Shown here in pieces: positions 48,951 to 57,577 of a DNA stretch of 64,000 nucleotides. The notes beneath the pieces are model-generated. The model was not told where the DNA came from and made no database searches. It saw only the letters and a program-made list of their open reading frames with translations. Position 1 is the first letter of the stretch. Each line of letters starts with the position of its first letter. Source of the stretch: Candidatus Uhrbacteria bacterium (GTDB taxonomy: Bacteria > Patescibacteriota > Patescibacteriia > JACPHY01); the NCBI GenBank assembly GCA_016188355.1, contig JACPHY010000001.1:38125-102124 (forward strand). The letters are read 5' to 3'. A program made the translations under genes and the position numbers.

Positions 48951-49745
48951 ATGGAAAATCAATACCCACCCCCGTTTCCGTTTGATGCGATGGACGGCGC
49001 ACTCGGCGCAGCGGATGATCTCGGCGTCCCTGATCTTTTTCCCATTGTGGCGTCCGCGTCCCCGAGCGATCGTTCCACGGTATTGCATGAGGTTCGTCGA
49101 AAATTAGAGGACGTGCACGCACAGATTCGCGCACTCATTGGCAGCATCGACCGCGAGTTGGAAGGAAATCCGCTCCCGCGTACGGCCATGCCCGATGCGC
49201 ATTACCCCTCGTCGCTTTCGCATGAGGTGCCACGTCCTTCTATGTCGAATCAACGTCCTGTGGATCCGCTCCCCGGCGGTCTCCAACGAGAGGATGAAGA
49301 TGCCCTCCGGGTGATCGAGGGTGTGTTCGATGGGCAGAACATGGTGGGTCCTGATGGGAAGCAATACAGCGTTCCTGCGAATTACGCATCGAAATCGAAG
49401 CTCGTGGAAGGGGATATTCTCAAGCTGCGTATCACCTCACGGGGTGCGTTTGTGTACAAGCAAATTGGTCCCATTGCGCGGGATCGGCGTATCGGCGCAC
49501 TCGAGCGCGATGATGTGACCGGAGAGTATGTTGTATTGGTTCCCGATGTGGAAGGGGATTTGAGCGCATTGACCCGCGCGATTGTGGCGAAGGGCGACCT
49601 GCCGCCGGTTTCCTATAAACGATATCGAACGCTTCGCGCATCCGTTTCTTTCTACCGCGGCGCACCAGGAGATGAGGTGGTGATTTTGGTTCCGAAAGAC
49701 GCACCATCGACGTGGGCGGCAGTGGAGAATGTTATTAAGCGATGA
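48951..49745 (+). CDS. Conserved hypothetical protein (CPR-type)
   Basis: IEGVFDGQNMVGPDGKQYSVPANYASKSKLVEGDILKL..YKQIGP..WAAVENVI. Confidence 0.75.
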   Translation: MENQYPPPFPFDAMDGALGAADDLGVPDLFPIVASASPSDRSTVLHEVRRKLEDVHAQIRALIGSIDRELEGNPLPRTAMPDAHYPSSLSHEVPRPSMSNQRPVDPLPGGLQREDEDALRVIEGVFDGQNMVGPDGKQYSVPANYASKSKLVEGDILKLRITSRGAFVYKQIGPIARDRRIGALERDDVTGEYVVLVPDVEGDLSALTRAIVAKGDLPPVSYKRYRTLRASVSFYRGAPGDEVVILVPKDAPSTWAAVENVIKR

Positions 49746-49864
49746 GCGGGATTTGGGGTGATCGCCTCCTGTGCGCTCCGCCGGATGCGGGAGCGTCGGT
49801 TGTCGTTTGCGGAGCGGGATGTCCAGCGTTTGGTGGTGTGGTACGGTGAAGAATCGGCATTGCT

Positions 49865-51481
49865 ATGTCCGTCCTCTATCGAAAATACCGGCCACAGAAA
49901 TTTTCCGACGTGGTAGGACAGGCGCATATCACCACGACGTTGATTGCGGCGCTTGCGCGCGATCGGATTGCGCATGCATATCTTTTTTCTGGTCCGCGCG
50001 GCGTAGGGAAAACAACAACAGCGCGACTGCTCGCAAAGGCCGTCAACTGCGCGTCGCGCGGGTCGGAGACGCGCACCGATTCGGATTCGGGGTCGTGGGA
50101 CGGAGAGCCATGCAATACGTGCGTATGTTGTCGGGAGATTGTGGAGGGTCGATGTCTGGATGTAATTGAAATCGATGCGGCATCGCATACGGGCGTGGAT
50201 CATGTCCGAGAACAGGTGATCGATCATGCGCGCATTGCCCCGGTTCGTGCCCCGCGGAAGGTGTTCATTATTGATGAGGTGCACATGCTTTCGGCGAGCG
50301 CGTTCAATGCGCTCCTGAAAACACTGGAGGAGCCGCCGTCACAGGTGCTCTTTATTTTAGCCACGACCGAGTTGCATCGCCTACCGGAGACCATCCGTTC
50401 GCGCTGTCAGCAGTTCATGTTTCGGCGCGTTGCGCCGGAGGTGTTGACGGAACGGCTGCGGGAGCTGGCACATGCGGAGGGCGTGGCGGTAGATCCGGAG
50501 GTATTCCCGTTGGTCGTGCGTGCGGCAGATGGATCGGTTCGAGATGCGGAGAGCTGTTTTGGGCAACTACTTTCGCTCGGTGGGGAGCGGGTGACCGTGG
50601 CGGATGCGATGCTTGTCGTGCCTCGATCCAATGCGGCGTCCGCGCAAGCGCTGGTGGATGTGGCGATTGCGGGAGATTGCGCGCGTCTCCTTGCGGAGTT
50701 GGATCGTGCGGAGTCCGAGGGGGTAGATCCGGAGGCGTACGTCCGCGATTGCATCCTGTCGCTTCGTGATCGCTCGCGTGACGCCGTTCATGCTGCGGAT
50801 CGTGGTTGCGCGGCAATGGTGACGAAGCTCCTGCGTGCTGGTCTTGCGCTCGTGGATAGCGTGGGACGGGTGGATCGCGCTTTTTTCCTGATAGAGTCAG
50901 CGTTTCTGGAGGTGATGTTGAGTACATCGAGCGCGCCGTCGTTGCCGGCAGCACCGCGGTTGGTTACTCCTTCGGTTCCGGTATCGCCACCTTCTCCTCC
51001 AGCACCGGAACCTCCGATCGCGCCTGCGGTATCGGCGCCGGAGACCGAAATGGCGGTGGTATCGCAGGAGCCGGATGTTCCTGCGTCTGCGGGGGTATCT
51101 CCTGTTGCTCCGGTTTTGGCCGTTCCGATCGATACGCTCGATCGGATTCGTGTGGGATGGTCTGCACTACTGGCGCAGCTTGCGGAGGTGAATCGTGCGC
51201 TGCCGTACCTCCTGGAGGGCGGTCGACCGCAGCGGATGGAGGGAGATACGTTGACGGTCGGTTTTCGCTATCGTCTCCATGCGGAGAAGGCGCGACAGCC
51301 TGCAGCGCTTGATGCGATTACCCAGGCGATCCATGGCATGATTGGGGCTCCGGTCCGCGTGCAAATGGCAGTGGTGAGCGCGGAGGAGTTTGCGGTGCTC
51401 GAATCGAGTACTCGTCCTGCCACGGGAGATGCGGTGGCGGATGCGGCACTTGAAGTATTTGGTGGACGCGTCGTAGAATAA
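49865..51481 (+). CDS. dnaX: DNA polymerase III subunit gamma/tau
   Basis: LYRKYRPQKF, GPRGVGKTT, EIDAAS, IDEVHML, LKTLEEPP, SRCQ; Pro-rich linker; FGG terminus. Confidence 0.96.
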   Translation: MSVLYRKYRPQKFSDVVGQAHITTTLIAALARDRIAHAYLFSGPRGVGKTTTARLLAKAVNCASRGSETRTDSDSGSWDGEPCNTCVCCREIVEGRCLDVIEIDAASHTGVDHVREQVIDHARIAPVRAPRKVFIIDEVHMLSASAFNALLKTLEEPPSQVLFILATTELHRLPETIRSRCQQFMFRRVAPEVLTERLRELAHAEGVAVDPEVFPLVVRAADGSVRDAESCFGQLLSLGGERVTVADAMLVVPRSNAASAQALVDVAIAGDCARLLAELDRAESEGVDPEAYVRDCILSLRDRSRDAVHAADRGCAAMVTKLLRAGLALVDSVGRVDRAFFLIESAFLEVMLSTSSAPSLPAAPRLVTPSVPVSPPSPPAPEPPIAPAVSAPETEMAVVSQEPDVPASAGVSPVAPVLAVPIDTLDRIRVGWSALLAQLAEVNRALPYLLEGGRPQRMEGDTLTVGFRYRLHAEKARQPAALDAITQAIHGMIGAPVRVQMAVVSAEEFAVLESSTRPATGDAVADAALEVFGGRVVE

Positions 51482-51521
51482 CCACGTTCCGGGTAGGGGA
51501 ACGGTGTGTTCCGCGCAGTGC

Positions 51522-51592
51522 TGCGGGGTCGGCTAACGGTAGGCCGCGACGCTCTGGACGTCGTTATCCTGGTTCGAATCCAGGCCCCGCAG
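51522..51592 (+). tRNA. tRNA-Gln(CUG)
   Basis: TGCGGGG/CCCCGCA acceptor, CGACG-CTCTGGA-CGTCG anticodon arm, TTCGAAT. CCA not encoded. Confidence 0.95.
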
Positions 51593-51615
51593 CATTGCAC
51601 AGAACGCCATGACGT

Positions 51616-52254
51616 ATGACTTCTGATGTATCCATGGCCCCGGATCGTCTGACTGCGCTCACCGACTTCATCTACGAGGTGGGCATTTTGAGTAAGACGC
51701 CGCGATCGGGATTGTGGTTTCTTGGTACGGGTCAACAGAGCGTCGCAGAGCACCTCCTGCGTACTGCGTATATTGGATATGTGTTGAGCCACCTCACGCC
51801 GGAAGCGGATCGTGCTCGGGTGCTGCTCATGTGTCTCCTCCACGATTTGGGAGAGGGCCGGACTTCCGATTTGAATTACGTGCATCAGCGATACGGGCGT
51901 CTTGCAGAGGCGCAGGCAGTTGCTGACATCGCCGCGCGCACGCCATTTGGAGCAGAAATTGAAGAGCTGTATCGAGAAGAATCCGCGCGCGCTACGCTGG
52001 AGGCGAAGTTGGTCAAAGATGCGGATCAGCTCGAATGGATCGCGACGCTGCGCGAGGAAGAAGTGAAGGGGAATCAAAAGGCGGCTTCTTGGCTGAAGAG
52101 CAGCATCCAACGGCTGAAGACGCCGGCAGGGCAGCAGATCGGCCAAATGCTCCTCACGACCCACCCCGATCATTGGTGGTACGACGAGGCGGACGCGTGG
52201 TTCGTGGATCGAAAGGAGGAGCATCGGAAGCGCGCCGTGGAGAGGTCTCTGTAG
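51616..52254 (+). CDS. HD-domain phosphohydrolase (YfbR/HDDC2-like)
   Basis: PRSG, SVAEH, LLHDLGEGRTSD, VKDADQLE. Confidence 0.88.
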   Translation: MTSDVSMAPDRLTALTDFIYEVGILSKTPRSGLWFLGTGQQSVAEHLLRTAYIGYVLSHLTPEADRARVLLMCLLHDLGEGRTSDLNYVHQRYGRLAEAQAVADIAARTPFGAEIEELYREESARATLEAKLVKDADQLEWIATLREEEVKGNQKAASWLKSSIQRLKTPAGQQIGQMLLTTHPDHWWYDEADAWFVDRKEEHRKRAVERSL

Positions 52255-52333
52255 CATTTTGAGCAAATACCACCAAATCCCATAAACGGTGCAGACGCGA
52301 AAAATGGCGCTCCTCTGCGGAGGAGCGGGGTGC

Positions 52334-52362
52334 TTGCGTCTCAGGAGAAGTTGTGGTAGGAT
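52334..52362 (+). promoter_or_regulatory. Promoter of the HPF-like gene
   Basis: TTGCGT-17 bp-TAGGAT with extended -10 TG. Confidence 0.5.
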
Positions 52363-52392
52363 CGAGGTGCTTTCAACGGCGGCACATCCGCT

Positions 52393-52713
52393 ATGGAGAT
52401 GACCTACAGCTTCAAGAAGGTGGGCGAATTCGATCAGCATTTTTGTCGCCAGTACCTCGAAAAGAAGGCGGAGGCAATTGTACGTGCTCTCCCGAAGCTC
52501 GGCCCCGAAGCCGTAGCATTGCTCGCATTTCGCGCAGAGCGATTCGCGAAAAAAAAGGCATTCAAGGTGTCGCTGCACCTGCGCGCCGGCGCGCAGGAGT
52601 GGAATGCGGAGGAGGATGATCACACGCTCCGAGAGGCGATCGACCTCGCCAAGGATAAGCTCGTTCTGCAAATGCGGAAACACCATCGCCTGCAGGGAAC
52701 GGTGCAGGGATAA
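52393..52713 (+). CDS. Short HPF/RaiA-like ribosome hibernation factor
   Basis: YLEKK, AEEDDHTLREAIDLAKDKLVLQMRKH. Confidence 0.75.
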   Translation: MEMTYSFKKVGEFDQHFCRQYLEKKAEAIVRALPKLGPEAVALLAFRAERFAKKKAFKVSLHLRAGAQEWNAEEDDHTLREAIDLAKDKLVLQMRKHHRLQGTVQG

Positions 52714-52729
52714 GGGAGTTTCGGGCAAA

Positions 52730-52762
52730 AACGGCGCATTCGGAATCCCCGGATGCGCCGTT
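52730..52762. terminator. Hairpin after the HPF-like gene
   Basis: AACGGCGCATTCGG/CCGGATGCGCCGTT. Confidence 0.6.
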
Positions 52763-52831
52763 GATGCGGTACACTGAACCTATTCATGAGTTCGGACTGA
52801 GACTCCTGTAGTGGTCTCGCCATGGTTTTGC

Positions 52832-54493
52832 ATGTCTTCTCCTGATTCTGTCGTGCCTCCCCACTCCGTCGTGCACGCGGTCCCTCGTCCGGTGCGGGGA
52901 ACTTCTGGTGCATCCGCGGTGGTTGCATCTGCTGCGCTCATTGCGCTGCTCTCGTTGGCGAGCCGCGTGCTCGGTCTCGTGCGCGATCGGGTGCTCGCGT
53001 CGCTGTATGGCGCGGGCGCAACGCTGGATGCGTACTACGCGGCATTTCGCATTCCGGACTTCGTGTTCAACCTCATTGGGTTGGGCGCGTTGTCTGCGGC
53101 GTTCTTGCCCGTCTTTGTACGGCTTCGACAGGAGTCGCGTGAGCAGTCGTTCCGTTTTGCGGCGCGGCTTTCAAGCGATGCGGTGGTGGTGCTCGCCGTG
53201 CTCTGCGGCGCGGGGGTGGTGTTCGCGGGATTTTTGGTGCGCATCATTGCGCCTGGATTTACCGATGCGCAACTTGCGTTGACGACGCAGATGAGTCGGC
53301 TGTTATTCGCGGCGACGTTTTTGCTCGGCGTTTCCACAGTGGCGGGCGGCGTACTCCAGGCGGAGCAGCGGTTCGTGGCGTTTGCGGCGGCACCGTTGCT
53401 CTACAACGTCGGCATTATCGCTGGTGCGGTTGGTATTGCGCCATTTTTCGGTCCGATGGGACTCGCCTGGGGCGTCGTGGGTGGAGCGCTGCTCCACGCT
53501 GCCGTGCAGGTGATCGCGGCCTGGCGCCTCGGATTTCGATGGTCATGGTTGCCCACCTGGAAGGATCGCGATGTGCGTGCCACGGCGCGATTACTGCTGC
53601 CGCGCATGTTTGGGCTTGCGTCGCAGCAGATACAGCTCATGGTGCTTTCGGCGATTGCCTCAACCCTTGCGGTGGGCTCGCTTGCGGTATTTACGTTTGC
53701 AAACAATATCCAGCATGTGCCGCTCTCATTGATCGGCATTTCGTATGCGATCGCCGTATTTCCGCAACTGGCGGCGACCGCATCGCGTGATCGCACGGTA
53801 TTCGCGGAGCGTCTGGGATCGACGATCCGGCAGATTCTCCTTTTCGCGATTCCGGCGACCGTGTTCCTGCTTACGCTCAAAGCGCAGATCGTTCGCGTGT
53901 TCCTCGGTGCGGGCGCGTTTGATTGGCAGGATACGCGGCGGACATTGGAGGTGGTGGAGGCGATGGGTCTGGGGCTGACCCCAGCCATGCTCATTCCGTC
54001 GCTGGCGCGGGCGTACTACGCATTGGAGGATACGCGAACGCCCTTTATGATTGGCGTGAGCATCGATGTGGCGGGCATTGTGCTTGCGGGTTTTTTGGGG
54101 TATCGCATGGGACCGCGGGGGCTCGCGCTTGGACTGTCGATCGCGGCAGCTGTGCATATGGCCGTGCTCCTCGCAGTGCTGCGGTTGCGTATATCATCGT
54201 TGGATGGGCGTGCACTCATGGTTGCGGCGGGGAAATACGGCATCGCGGGGTTTATCATGGGACTTGCGATTCAGCAGATGAAGGCGGTGGTAGCGGTATT
54301 TTTTGGTACCGATACATTCTGGGGCATTGCCGTGCAGGGAGCGCTTGCGGGCGGTGTGGGCGGCATGGTGTATCTCGGGATCGGCATACTGCTCCGTTCC
54401 CCAGAAATGATCGACATCATGCGCGCACTGCGGCGTCGCGTGCTGCGCACCATTCGATTGCCGGCGGGTGGTGTGGAGGAGGTGCGGGGATGA
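52832..54493 (+). CDS. murJ: Lipid II flippase
   Basis: SRVLGLVRDR, DAYYAAFRIPD, SAAFLPVF, AVFPQL, RAYYALEDTRTP; many TMs. Confidence 0.94.
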   Translation: MSSPDSVVPPHSVVHAVPRPVRGTSGASAVVASAALIALLSLASRVLGLVRDRVLASLYGAGATLDAYYAAFRIPDFVFNLIGLGALSAAFLPVFVRLRQESREQSFRFAARLSSDAVVVLAVLCGAGVVFAGFLVRIIAPGFTDAQLALTTQMSRLLFAATFLLGVSTVAGGVLQAEQRFVAFAAAPLLYNVGIIAGAVGIAPFFGPMGLAWGVVGGALLHAAVQVIAAWRLGFRWSWLPTWKDRDVRATARLLLPRMFGLASQQIQLMVLSAIASTLAVGSLAVFTFANNIQHVPLSLIGISYAIAVFPQLAATASRDRTVFAERLGSTIRQILLFAIPATVFLLTLKAQIVRVFLGAGAFDWQDTRRTLEVVEAMGLGLTPAMLIPSLARAYYALEDTRTPFMIGVSIDVAGIVLAGFLGYRMGPRGLALGLSIAAAVHMAVLLAVLRLRISSLDGRALMVAAGKYGIAGFIMGLAIQQMKAVVAVFFGTDTFWGIAVQGALAGGVGGMVYLGIGILLRSPEMIDIMRALRRRVLRTIRLPAGGVEEVRG

Positions 54494-54513
54494 TGCTACC
54501 ATGACGCAATAAT

Positions 54514-56349
54514 ATGGATGGAGCCCCGATTCGTAATTTCTGCATCATTGCGCATATTGATCACGGGAAATCGACCCTCGCGGATCGCATGCTCGAGTAC
54601 ACCGGAACGATCGCGCGGCGCGAGTTGCGGGAGCAGACGCTCGATCAGATGGATCTCGAACGTGAGCGGGGGATTACCATCAAACTTGCTCCCGTGCGCA
54701 TGCGATGGCGCGATCACGTGCTCCATTTGATCGATACGCCGGGACATGTCGATTTTACGTACGAAGTATCGCGATCCCTCGCTGCGGTGGAGGGAGCAAT
54801 TTTGTTGGTGGACGCGACGCAGGGCGTGCAGGCGCAGACCATTGCGAATTTGTACCTCGCGTTGGGGCAGGACTGCACGATTATTCCGGTCGTCAATAAA
54901 GTGGATCTGCCGAACGCGGACGTGGATCGCACGATTCAGGAATTGGTTGCGCTTTTGGGATGCGCTCCGAGTGCGGTGCTTCGGGTGTCCGGGAAAACTG
55001 GGCAAGGTGTCCCCGAGTTACTGGATGCCGTGTTGGCACGCGTGCCGCCTCCGCGCGCCATGACGATGCCGGTGGCACCGCGCGCATCAGCGCTTCCCTT
55101 GCGTGCGTTGATTTTTGATTCGATCTACGACGACTATCGCGGTGTCGTCGCGTACGTACGCGTCATGGATGGGGAGGCGCGACGTGGGGATCGGTTGCAG
55201 CTCATGGCGACGCGAGCGGCGATCGAGGCGTTGGAGGTGGGAACGTTTTCGCCAAAATTGGTTCCCGTGGCGGAGTTGACGGTAGGCACCATCGGATACA
55301 TTGTGACCGGACTCAAGGATATCCGTTTGGTGCGCGTCGGTGACACGATTACGAGCGCCGCGCGCCCGGCGGAGCAACCGGTTGCGGGGTATGCCGAAGT
55401 GATGCCCATGGTGTATGCGGGAGTATTCCCGAAACGAGCAGATGACACTGCTGCGTTGCGTGAGGGTATTGAGCGGTTGCAGTTGAATGATGCGGCGTTG
55501 ACGTTTGAGCCGGAGCGCTCCTCTGCGCTCGGCGTTGGTTTCCGCTGCGGATTTTTGGGTTTGCTGCACCTCGACGTCGTGCGAGAACGCATTCTCCGGG
55601 AGGCGCGCATCGAAACGATTATCACCGTGCCGAGTGTCGCGTATGTGGTGTATCGAACCACCGCAGCACAATCGATCGTTATCCGTGCGCCGCAGGAGCT
55701 TCCAGATCCTTCCCAGATTCTCCGCATCGAGGAGCCATGGGTGCGGATGGATATCGTGACGCCCGAAGCGTTTGTGGGGGGGCTGATGCAGCTCTGCCAA
55801 GAGCGTCGCGGGGTGTATCAAACCACGGAGTATCTCGGTGCATCTGGAGCGCAGGGAGCAACGGACGGACGGCGGGTAATCCTCCAGTATGAGCTTCCCC
55901 TTGCCGCTATTCTGGTCGATTTTTATGATCGGCTGAAGAGTATTTCACAGGGATACGCTTCCATGAACTACGAGCGTATTGGATATCGTCCCGCAACGGT
56001 CCGTCGGCTCGATATCCTGGTGGCGGGCGAGCAGGTGGAGGCATTGAGTAGTATTGTGTATGAGGATGAGGCGGCAGTCGTGGGGCGCCGCATGACCGAG
56101 CGATTACGGGATTCCATCCCGCGTCAGCAGTTCGAGATACGTATTCAGGCGGCATTGGGGGGGAAGGTGGTCGCGGCGGAGCGGATTGCGCCGCTGCGGA
56201 AAGATGTGCTTGCGAAGATGTCCGGTGGCGACGTGACGCGTAAAATGAAGCTCCTCCAGAAGCAGCGCAAAGGGAAACAGCAGATGCGGTCGGGTGGCCA
56301 CGTCGATCTTCCGCCGGAAGCCTATCTCGCGGTGTTGAAGCGTGCGTAG
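54514..56349 (+). CDS. lepA: Elongation factor 4
   Basis: IRNFCIIAHIDHGKSTLADR, ERERGITIK, DTPGHVDF, GFRCGFLGLLH, GGDVTRKMKLL. Confidence 0.97.
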   Translation: MDGAPIRNFCIIAHIDHGKSTLADRMLEYTGTIARRELREQTLDQMDLERERGITIKLAPVRMRWRDHVLHLIDTPGHVDFTYEVSRSLAAVEGAILLVDATQGVQAQTIANLYLALGQDCTIIPVVNKVDLPNADVDRTIQELVALLGCAPSAVLRVSGKTGQGVPELLDAVLARVPPPRAMTMPVAPRASALPLRALIFDSIYDDYRGVVAYVRVMDGEARRGDRLQLMATRAAIEALEVGTFSPKLVPVAELTVGTIGYIVTGLKDIRLVRVGDTITSAARPAEQPVAGYAEVMPMVYAGVFPKRADDTAALREGIERLQLNDAALTFEPERSSALGVGFRCGFLGLLHLDVVRERILREARIETIITVPSVAYVVYRTTAAQSIVIRAPQELPDPSQILRIEEPWVRMDIVTPEAFVGGLMQLCQERRGVYQTTEYLGASGAQGATDGRRVILQYELPLAAILVDFYDRLKSISQGYASMNYERIGYRPATVRRLDILVAGEQVEALSSIVYEDEAAVVGRRMTERLRDSIPRQQFEIRIQAALGGKVVAAERIAPLRKDVLAKMSGGDVTRKMKLLQKQRKGKQQMRSGGHVDLPPEAYLAVLKRA

Positions 56350-56380
56350 GGGGTAACGTGATATCCTGGAAGCAGAGCTT

Positions 56381-56479
56381 ATGCAGCGAGCGCGTACGAT
56401 ACGAGTATTGTGGGCAATGCTCAGCATGATCGTGATTCTGAGCATGCTTGCGTTCACGTTGGGCTTGGGGTTGGGGTAA
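56381..56479 (+). CDS. 32-aa single-TM microprotein (not in the ORF track)
   Basis: MQRARTIRVLWAMLSMIVILSMLAFTLGLGLG*; cttATG start and promoter-like TGATATCCT at 56359-56367. Confidence 0.65.
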   Translation: MQRARTIRVLWAMLSMIVILSMLAFTLGLGLG

Positions 56480-56497
56480 CGAGTGCGGACTATTGAT

Positions 56498-57565
56498 ATG
56501 TTGCGTCCGTGGATGCGGGGGGCGCTCGTGGGGATGGTGCTCGTCATGCTTCCGGTATCCGTCCATGCGGCGACGTACGACGTCGCCATCCTGCCGTCCG
56601 ATGTCATATTGGATCCGGCGGTCTTTTTTGTGGGGGACGCGGTGCGGGTGTATGCGCGGGTGAAGAATGTGGGCGATCGGGATGTGCAGGGTAATGTCTT
56701 TTTTTCCGAAAATGGTACAGGGATCGGTACGCCGCCGTTTTCTGTTCGTGCGCACGGCGCGGAAGAGGAGGTGTGGGTTGATTGGCAGCCGGCGACGGTG
56801 GGGGATCGGCAAATATTTTTACGGGTGGTCACGGCACCCGAGACGCGCGATGGTGACCTTTCGAATAACGAGATGATTGTCCCGGTATTCGTGGACCGCG
56901 ATACTGATGGGGATCGGAGCGGTGATCGCGTGGATGCGGACGATGATAATGACGGTCTGCCGGATGATTGGGAAACGGCGCATGGTCTCAATCCCCGCGA
57001 TGCGGCAGATGCGAAGCAGGATCCGGATGCCGACGGTACGGTCACGGTGGAGGAGTATCGTGCGGGCACAGATCCATTCAAGGCGCCTCCCCCTCCTCCG
57101 GTGCCCGCCGCAGCGCCTCGTGCGCCGGTTCCTGCTCCAGCGTCGAGTCCTGCGCCGTCTCCTGTGGCATTGCCCGCTCGGGAGCAGCGTCCCGCGCCAG
57201 TATCTCCGCAGCGTCCCGCTCCTCCTGCATCGCAGCCAGTGAAGCGAGCGGGAGTGTCATCCGGTGCGCCTAAAGCCCCGCTCCGTGCGCCGTCACCCGC
57301 AGCGGATGTCGTCCCTCCGTCTGCGGTGCCAGCTCCGGATGCTGCATCCTCGGCGGTGTCTCCGTCCATTCCTCCGAGTGCCATCGCCTCACCGGAGACC
57401 CGCGATGCCATCGAAATGGTACGCGCGCCGATCGCGGCGCAATTGGAGTCGTTGTTGGGGAAACCGATGCGGGTGCGGAATATATTCCCCATAGCCATGG
57501 GCGGGGTGTCTTTAGCGGCATTGGTGAGCGCAATTTGGGTGTTTCGTCGTGCGCGTCGATCGTAA
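56498..57565 (+). CDS. Surface protein: CARDB/Ig-like domain, Ca-binding TSP3-like repeats, Pro/Ala stalk, C-terminal TM
   Basis: VYARVKNVG..DLSNNE; DTDGDRSGDRVDADDDNDGLPDDWE; DPDADG..EEYRAGTDP; TM followed by RRARRS. Confidence 0.8.
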   Translation: MLRPWMRGALVGMVLVMLPVSVHAATYDVAILPSDVILDPAVFFVGDAVRVYARVKNVGDRDVQGNVFFSENGTGIGTPPFSVRAHGAEEEVWVDWQPATVGDRQIFLRVVTAPETRDGDLSNNEMIVPVFVDRDTDGDRSGDRVDADDDNDGLPDDWETAHGLNPRDAADAKQDPDADGTVTVEEYRAGTDPFKAPPPPPVPAAAPRAPVPAPASSPAPSPVALPAREQRPAPVSPQRPAPPASQPVKRAGVSSGAPKAPLRAPSPAADVVPPSAVPAPDAASSAVSPSIPPSAIASPETRDAIEMVRAPIAAQLESLLGKPMRVRNIFPIAMGGVSLAALVSAIWVFRRARRS

Positions 57566-57577
57566 GGATGACGTGGT

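Noticed and set aside
49865-51481. dnaX gamma/tau programmed frameshift
   Set aside because: No A-AAA-AAG or long A run seen; the ORF is continuous.
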